Below the pieces are notes generated by a model. That model searched no databases. It saw only the letters and a list, made by a program, of their open reading frames with translations, and had not been told where the DNA came from. Both the position numbers and the translations under genes were made by a program. A stretch of 14,226 nt of DNA from NCBI GenBank assembly GCA_044229145.1, contig JBGATO010000087.1, forward strand, positions 1 through 14,226. Direction: 5' to 3'. Every line of letters starts with the position of its first letter. The first letter of the stretch is position 1. This DNA comes from Candidatus Eiseniibacteriota bacterium (GTDB lineage: Bacteria; Eisenbacteria; RBG-16-71-46; CAZEPH01). This document shows positions 8,555 to 14,226 of the stretch, one piece after another.

Positions 8555-9361
8555 ATGCCGAGCCGTCCCGCCGCGCCCCGCCGCCTGCGTCCCGCCGAGC
8601 GGGAACGCCTCGGCGCCGTCACCACCGCGCTGCTCGCCGCGTATCCCGACGCCGACTGCGCGCTATCGCACGAGGCGCCGCACGAACTCCTGGTGGCGAC
8701 GATCCTCAGCGCCCAATGCACCGACGAGCGCGTCAATATGGTGACGCCTGCGCTGTTCGACCGCTTCCCCACGACCGCCGCGCTCGCGGCCGCGCCGCTG
8801 CCCGAACTCGAACGGCTGATCCACTCCACCGGCTTCTTCCGCAACAAGGCGAAGAACCTGCAAGGGGCGATGCGCGGCGTCGTCGAGCGCTTCGGCGGCG
8901 CGGTGCCGCGCACGATGGAGGATCTGCTGACACTGCCCGGCGTCGCGCGCAAGACGGCGAACGTGGTGCTCGGCACCGCGTTCGGCATCGCCGACGGCAT
9001 CGTCGTCGACACGCACGTGACGCGCCTGGCGAACCGGCTCGGCTACACCCGGCAACAGGATCCGGTGAAGATCGAGCGCGATCTCGTCGACGTGGTGCCG
9101 CGCGAGTCGTGGATCGCGTTTTCGCACACGCTCATCCTGCACGGACGACAGGTGTGCGATGCGCGCAAGCCGGCGTGCGAACGTTGCGTGGTGCGCGCAC
9201 TGTGTCCGAGCGCGCTGCCGGACGGCGCGCTGGCGCGACCGGTCAAGAAGGCGACCGCGAAAGTCGCGAAGAAGGCGGCGAAGCAGGCCGCTACAGCACC
9301 AAGCTCACCGCGACGCCGTCGCGCAACGGCAAAATCGTCGTCGCGAACCCGGGGTCGTTGA
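8555..9361 (+). CDS. nth: Endonuclease III (HhH-GPD DNA glycosylase/AP lyase, 4Fe-4S) with basic C-terminal tail
   Basis: LLVATILSAQCTDERVN, HhH LPGVARKTANVVL, VDTHV, FES loop CDARKPACERCVVRALC. GGAGG SD before ATG 8555. Confidence 0.96.
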   Translation: MPSRPAAPRRLRPAERERLGAVTTALLAAYPDADCALSHEAPHELLVATILSAQCTDERVNMVTPALFDRFPTTAALAAAPLPELERLIHSTGFFRNKAKNLQGAMRGVVERFGGAVPRTMEDLLTLPGVARKTANVVLGTAFGIADGIVVDTHVTRLANRLGYTRQQDPVKIERDLVDVVPRESWIAFSHTLILHGRQVCDARKPACERCVVRALCPSALPDGALARPVKKATAKVAKKAAKQAATAPSSPRRRRATAKSSSRTRGR

Positions 9362-9923
9362 CGACGAGGCGATTGTATTCCTGGATCGCCGCGGTTTCCG
9401 CGTCGCGCGGCGTGTCGGCCGCCACCGCGCCGCCCCACAGCGTGTTGTCGCTGATCAGCAAGCCGCCGCGCCGCAGCCGCGTGCGCGCCAGCGCGTAGAC
9501 GCGCGGGTAGTCCGTCTTCTCGCAGTCGTTGAAGATGATGTCGAATGCGCCGTCTGCCGCTTCCAGCACAGCGAGGGCGTCGCCGCAGGTCACCGTGACG
9601 TCGACGCCATTGTCGAAGCGCGGGGCGAACACACGGGCGGTGTCCGCGAACTCCGGCGTGTCGTCGATGAGATGCAGGTGGCCGCCGGATGTCATGCCAC
9701 GCGCCAACCACGCGCCGGAGTAGCCGACGCCCGAGCCAAGTTCGATCACGCGCCGCGCACCGACGAGGCGCGCGTACTGTTCGAGGAGTCGGCCCACCGG
9801 CACGCCGACATCGGGGATGCCGCGTGCCTCGGCGGCGGCTTGCAGCTCGCGCAAGAGCGGCGTCGGGTTGCTGACCAAGTTGTCGAGATAGCGCTCCACA
9901 CGCGGCGCCACGACGATGTCCAT
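9291..9923 (-). CDS. Class I SAM-dependent O-methyltransferase (Methyltransf_3, YrrM/TrmR/CCoAOMT-like)
   Basis: RVIELGSGVGYSG, FDIIFNDCEKTDYP, GGLLISDNTLWGG, ILPLRDGV. ATG 9923 has a GGGAGA SD 9 nt upstream. Confidence 0.92.
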   Translation of the reverse strand: MDIVVAPRVERYLDNLVSNPTPLLRELQAAAEARGIPDVGVPVGRLLEQYARLVGARRVIELGSGVGYSGAWLARGMTSGGHLHLIDDTPEFADTARVFAPRFDNGVDVTVTCGDALAVLEAADGAFDIIFNDCEKTDYPRVYALARTRLRRGGLLISDNTLWGGAVAADTPRDAETAAIQEYNRLVVNDPGFATTILPLRDGVAVSLVL

Positions 9924-10026
9924 GTCTCGCACTCTCCCTTCGACTCGCGGGGACCGCGCCCCCGCGTGCCGACTCTACTCCACGTGCCGCACCCGCGCGC
10001 GTGCCATCACACCGAAGTCACACAGC

Positions 10027-10065
10027 CGAATCGCCGGCGATCCGCGAAGGACCACCGGCGATTCG
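10027..10065 (-). terminator. Long 3' hairpin after the large surface-protein gene
   Basis: Minus strand CGAATCGCCGGTGGTCC-ttcgc-GGATCGCCGGCGATTCG, a 17-bp stem with two G-U pairs that form only on the minus strand. No strong U-tract. Confidence 0.6.
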
Positions 10066-10087
10066 CGTTCGAGGTGTCGCAGGACGG

Positions 10088-13000
10088 TTAGCGCACCACC
10101 TGCACGCGGCGGGTAACCACCTTCGACGCAGTCTCCATGCGCACCACGTACAACCCGGCGCTCACCGGACGGCCGCCGGCATCGCGCAGGTTCCACGTGC
10201 GCGTGACGACGCCCGCGTTCTGCGGTCCGTCGAGCAGCGTCGCGATGTGGCGGCCCGCAATGTCGTACACCGTGACACGCACAGGTCCGGCCTCGTGCAG
10301 CGTGAGGCGCAGCGTCGACGCCGTGCGCGCCGGGTTCGGCGCCATCGGCAGCAGCGAGGTTTCCAGCGGCAGACTCTGCTCGACCGCCGTCGCGCCCGTC
10401 AACGAGACGTCCTGGTTCTGTCCGTCACGTCCGAGCGTGGACGCCAGACGCAGCCCTGGGTCGCCTGCCGCGAGCACGCGGAAGCGCACCTGCGCCACCG
10501 TGCCCTCGCCATCGAGCGTCGCGCGGCCGAGCAACGCGATGTCGACGTTGCCGGCACCGCTCGAGAGCGCCGCCGCCGGCACCGTCTGCTGCGCCAGCAG
10601 CGCGCCTTGTTCGACGCCCACCATCTCGATCTTCGACGCGTCGTAGCCAAGTTGCAGGCTCATGCCCTGCAGCGAGCCGGCCCCGCGGAACTGCACCGGC
10701 ACCGTGAACTCCTCGCCCACCGCGGGCGCCGGCGGCACGGACAGCCAGACGATATTCGGCTGCACCGCGTTCGTCGCGTGGACGGGCGCACTCACCGGCG
10801 ACGCCACGCTGTAGAAGTTGATGGCGAAGAGGATCAGGTCCTCGAAGTTGATCTTCTGGTCGGTGGTCGGCCGGCCGTGCACCGAACCATCCGTCGTCGG
10901 ACCGATGTCGAGGTAGTCCCACGACAACATCCCGGTGCCCGTGAGGCCGTAGTGCGCGCCGAGCAATGACAGGTCGGCGGTGTTGACCAGGTTGTTGCCC
11001 TGGCCCGCCAGCACGCCATCGCTGACGTCACCGAGGTGGTAGTTGAGCACACCGCCGGCACGGTTCGACACCGGCGAGACATTGCCGGCCGCGTCCACCA
11101 CGTAGGCAACGTAGTACCAGAAGTCGCGGCTCGCCGGCTCGTCGAATTCACCGCTGGCGCTGACGGCGGTCAGCGTCCACGGCGCGGTCGGCGGGTAGCT
11201 CACCGGCGGCGCCGGCGGGCTGCCGCCGCCGTCGTCGTAGCGGGGGTAGCCGCCGTAGGGAGCCCGATAGCTCCGCACGAAGCCGGAGGTCGGCGGCGTG
11301 TATATGACAGTGATGCGCGAAGTGCCATCGCTGTCGTTGCCGCTCATCACGCCCGTCACCGAAAGGTCTGTGATGGCAGCCGGCGCGACGTTGTCGATGG
11401 TGATCGTCGCCGCCGGACCGTGCACGGTCGGCAGGACGACATCGCCGCAGTCGCTCACCGAAGCGGATTCGATGCTGATCGTCGACGTTGCCTCCCCGAG
11501 CGTGCTCGACACCGGCACGTAGAACAGCGTGCCGTCACCGGTCGCGCCGCACGCGGCGGTCAGCGTCTCGTGCACGGTGATCGTGCCATCGCCGTTGTCC
11601 ACTGCGCTGAACGTCGTCGGACCGACGCCGCCCAGGTAGCTGGCCTGATAGATCGCGCTCGAGAGGATCACCGTGTCGCCCGGCTGGTAGCGCAGCGTCA
11701 CGTCGTAGGACTTGAGCCCGGTCGGGTCGGTGCGGGTGATGCTCACCGGCACGAGCACCGTCGGGTTGACCGTGGAGATGATGCCCGAAGCCGGACCGAC
11801 GGTGACGCTGTCGACGCCGTTGCTGGCGAAGGTCGCGCTCAGCGTGTGCGCCGCCGTGACGCTGTGGAACGTGTACGTCGTTACCGCGCCGACGCTGGAT
11901 CCGTCGACCACCACGTCGTCGACGTGGAAGCCGGCGTCCGGCGTGATCGTGACGGTGAGATCGTCGAACGCGAGCACAGGCACATTGCCGCTCGGCGACA
12001 CCGTGCCATGCACGCTCGACGCGATGCTCTGGATGAAGGTCGTGCGCACGTAGGTCGCCACGACGACCCTGACGCGGTCGACGAGCACGTCGTACGTCGG
12101 CACCGCACCGACGCTCACGCCGTCCACGGTGACGTCGGAAAGCTCGTAGTACGGATCCGGCGTCATGACGAAGTGGATCGTCTCGCCATAGTTGGCGTCG
12201 AACGTGCCGCTCGGCGAAATGCTGCCGCCGGCGCTCGCACTCGCCGTCACCGAGAACTGATCGATCGCGAAAGTTGCGGTGACGTTGAGGTCCGCCGCGA
12301 CGGCGAGGTCGGTGCGTGACGCGGTGAGCACGCCATCGCTCCAGCTCACGAAGTGATGGTGGGCGTCGGCGACGGCCGTGACCGTCGTGCCGTCGGCGCC
12401 GTAGGCGACCGTCTGCGGCGAGAGGCCCGTGATCGACCCGTTCGCACCCGCCGCGTACGTCAGCGTGTACGTGTCGATCGCGAAGCTCGCGGCGAGCGTG
12501 TGCGGCTCGAGCACATTGGTGAACGTGTAGCTCGACACCGCGCCGACGCTCACGCCGTCCACCAAGACGTCCGCGATGTGGTAGTGCGGGTCCGCCGTGA
12601 TGTCCACCGTGAGATCGGTGAACGCCGTCACCAGCACCGGACCGCTCGGCGAGGTCGCGCCGTGGAAGCCCGCCGTGATCGTGAATACGTACTTGTCCTC
12701 GATCGCCACCGGCTCCACGGTGTGCGTCGCGTGCACGTTGGTGAACGTGTACGACGTCACCGGGCCGACGCTCACGCCGTCCACCAGCACGTCGTCGATG
12801 TGGTAGTGCGCGTCCGGCGTAAAGATGAAGGTGACCGAACCGCCCGCGTCCACCGTCGCGCTCGACGGCGACGTGGTGACGTGCGCCGCCGCCGTCGCCG
12901 CGATCGCGTACGTGTCGATCGCGAAGGTTGCGTCGATCGTGTGGTTCGCGGCCACCGCGGGGAAGGTGTAGCTCGTCACCGCGCCGACGCTCACGCCGTC

Positions 13001-14226
13001 CACCAGCACGTCGGCGACGTGGTAATCGGTGTCGGGCGTGATCGTGTATGTCTGCCCATCGCCATCATTCACCGTCGTCGTGCCGCTCGGCGCGATGTTC
13101 CCGTGGGCGCCAGCGGTCGCGACGATCGTGTACGTGTCGATCGCGAACGTCGCGTCGATGGTGTGGTCGACGGTGACGTTGGTGAAGGTGTAGCTCGACG
13201 CGATTGCCACCGGGCTCCCATCCACCGTCAGCGACGCAATGTGGTAGTGCGCATCCGGCGTGATGGTGAACGTCTGGTCGCTGCCGATTGTCACCAGCGT
13301 CGCCCCGCTCGGACTAATCGCGCCGTGCGCGCCGGCCGTCGCCGTGATCGTCGCGTTGAGCGGCGTGTCGGTGACGGTGATCTGGAAGGTCCGGCCCGCG
13401 GTCGCGCCGTGCTGGTCGTCTGCGATGATCTGCACGCCGGCGTAGACACCTGCGTCGCTGTAGCCCGGCGTCCACGTGAGTTCGCCCGTCGACGTACTGA
13501 ACGACGAACCGGCGGGTTGGTTCAGCGTGCTCCAGACGAACGTGTCGGCGTCCGGATCGCTCGCGCTCGGCGTCACCGTCAGCAGCGAACCCTCCGCCAC
13601 CGTCTGATCGGCGATGGGATCCATCGTCGGGATGCGGTTGGTGTTCGTCACGTCGATGTCGAAGCTGGCGCTGCCGCTCGCCGAGCCGTCGCTGGCCTCG
13701 AGCGTCACGCCGGCGTAGTGGCCGGCCTGCGTGAAGTCCGGTGTCCAGGTGAACTCGCCGGTGCTCGGTGCGACCGACGCGCCACTCGGCAGCGACGAGC
13801 CAGTCCACGTGAGCGCATCACCATCCGGGTCGATTCCGACCGGCGTCACGATGAGCACGGAGTTCTCTGGGATCGACCGGCCGCTGATCGCGTCGATCGC
13901 CGGCGCGCGGTTGGTGTTCGTCACGTCGATCGCGAAGCTGGCGCTGCCGCTCAGCGCGCCGTCGCTGGCGTTCAGCGTCACGCCGGGGTAATTGCCGGCC
14001 TGCGTGTAGTCGGGTGTCCAGGTGAGGTCGCCGGTCGTCGCGTTCACCGACGCACCGCTCGGAAGCGACGAGCCGCTCCACGTGAGCGCATCGCCATCCG
14101 GGTCGCTGCCGCTCGGCGTCACGCTGAGCAGCGCGTTCTCGGCGACCGTCTGGTCGGCGATCGCCGCCACCGACGGCGCGCGGTTCACGTTCGTCACGTC
14201 GATGGCGAAGCTGGCGCTGCCGCTCA
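10088..14226 (-). CDS. Large secreted/surface repeat protein (5' end beyond window): cadherin/He_PIG-like repeats, Flg_new_2-like repeats, cohesin-like, FN3-like, dockerin-like, cohesin-like and FlgD-Ig/T9SS-type CTD
   Basis: Frame is open to the window end. C-terminus PNPARTASTLRLTL..AGPVRVTVYDIAGRHIATLLDG...TWNLRDAGGRPVSAGLYVVRM matches the FlgD-Ig-type sorting domain; T/V/D/S-rich beta repeats. Confidence 0.92.
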   Translation of the reverse strand, partial: SGSASFAIDVTNVNRAPSVAAIADQTVAENALLSVTPSGSDPDGDALTWSGSSLPSGASVNATTGDLTWTPDYTQAGNYPGVTLNASDGALSGSASFAIDVTNTNRAPAIDAISGRSIPENSVLIVTPVGIDPDGDALTWTGSSLPSGASVAPSTGEFTWTPDFTQAGHYAGVTLEASDGSASGSASFDIDVTNTNRIPTMDPIADQTVAEGSLLTVTPSASDPDADTFVWSTLNQPAGSSFSTSTGELTWTPGYSDAGVYAGVQIIADDQHGATAGRTFQITVTDTPLNATITATAGAHGAISPSGATLVTIGSDQTFTITPDAHYHIASLTVDGSPVAIASSYTFTNVTVDHTIDATFAIDTYTIVATAGAHGNIAPSGTTTVNDGDGQTYTITPDTDYHVADVLVDGVSVGAVTSYTFPAVAANHTIDATFAIDTYAIAATAAAHVTTSPSSATVDAGGSVTFIFTPDAHYHIDDVLVDGVSVGPVTSYTFTNVHATHTVEPVAIEDKYVFTITAGFHGATSPSGPVLVTAFTDLTVDITADPHYHIADVLVDGVSVGAVSSYTFTNVLEPHTLAASFAIDTYTLTYAAGANGSITGLSPQTVAYGADGTTVTAVADAHHHFVSWSDGVLTASRTDLAVAADLNVTATFAIDQFSVTASASAGGSISPSGTFDANYGETIHFVMTPDPYYELSDVTVDGVSVGAVPTYDVLVDRVRVVVATYVRTTFIQSIASSVHGTVSPSGNVPVLAFDDLTVTITPDAGFHVDDVVVDGSSVGAVTTYTFHSVTAAHTLSATFASNGVDSVTVGPASGIISTVNPTVLVPVSITRTDPTGLKSYDVTLRYQPGDTVILSSAIYQASYLGGVGPTTFSAVDNGDGTITVHETLTAACGATGDGTLFYVPVSSTLGEATSTISIESASVSDCGDVVLPTVHGPAATITIDNVAPAAITDLSVTGVMSGNDSDGTSRITVIYTPPTSGFVRSYRAPYGGYPRYDDGGGSPPAPPVSYPPTAPWTLTAVSASGEFDEPASRDFWYYVAYVVDAAGNVSPVSNRAGGVLNYHLGDVSDGVLAGQGNNLVNTADLSLLGAHYGLTGTGMLSWDYLDIGPTTDGSVHGRPTTDQKINFEDLILFAINFYSVASPVSAPVHATNAVQPNIVWLSVPPAPAVGEEFTVPVQFRGAGSLQGMSLQLGYDASKIEMVGVEQGALLAQQTVPAAALSSGAGNVDIALLGRATLDGEGTVAQVRFRVLAAGDPGLRLASTLGRDGQNQDVSLTGATAVEQSLPLETSLLPMAPNPARTASTLRLTLHEAGPVRVTVYDIAGRHIATLLDGPQNAGVVTRTWNLRDAGGRPVSAGLYVVRMETASKVVTRRVQVVR
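11822..13355 (-). repeat. Seven ~73-aa bacterial repeat domains (Flg_new_2/InlB B-repeat-like)
   Basis: Motif Y.I.A.AG.HG.ISPSG...V..G....F.ITPD..YH..DV.VDGVSVGAV.SYTF.NV...HT..A.F. DNA gccgacgctcacgccgtccacca at 12542, 12764 and 12983. Confidence 0.88.
13364..14226 (-). repeat. Tandem 273-nt (91-aa) cadherin/He_PIG-like Ig repeats: 3 complete plus the end of a fourth
   Basis: gttcgtcacgtcgat recurs at 13643, 13916 and 14189 (period 273). Protein motif NR.P...I.DQTV.E...SDPDGD.LTW...LP.GASV...TG..TWTPD.TQAG.Y. Confidence 0.9.

Noticed and set aside
11036..12319. 427-aa + strand ORF and other ORFs inside the surface-protein gene
   Set aside because: Antisense or off-frame shadows with no SD or domain signal.
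12108..13012. Recurring ~25-30-nt near-identical sequence resembling CRISPR repeats
   Set aside because: Spacing is 219-222 nt or more and in frame, encoding VDGVSVG of the protein repeats; the intervening DNA is homologous and no cas genes are present.

Overview
GC-rich bacterial chromosomal window, mostly minus-strand genes. In coordinate order: purine-nucleoside phosphorylase (3' end cut off by the window start), two nucleoside ABC permeases (no ATPase or binding protein nearby), a CNNM/CBS/CorC hemolysin-family protein, a PP-loop ThiI/MnmA-like tRNA sulfurtransferase candidate, a cold-shock protein, a VOC/glyoxalase protein, a soluble zinc-binding anti-sigma with its ECF sigma factor, a TPR protein, a small winged-helix hypothetical protein, endonuclease III (+ strand, with a Lys/Ala-rich tail), an O-methyltransferase, and the C-terminal >1370 aa of a large secreted repeat protein. 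That protein carries cadherin/He_PIG-like repeats, 7 Flg_new_2/InlB-B-like repeats, then cohesin-like, FN3-like, dockerin-like and cohesin-like domains and a FlgD-Ig/T9SS-type C-terminal domain. The C-terminal domain plus high GC suggests an FCB-superphylum lineage such as Ca. Eisenbacteria, Krumholzibacteriota or Latescibacterota (inference only). The most interesting signals are the cohesin-dockerin-cohesin cassette, a bidirectional promoter coupling nth to an unknown wHTH protein, short uORFs overlapping the sigma and CNNM starts, and a hairpin-rich leader before the tRNA-thiolation-like gene. No rRNA, tRNA, CRISPR or mobile element was seen. All assignments come from reading motifs by eye; no searches were run.
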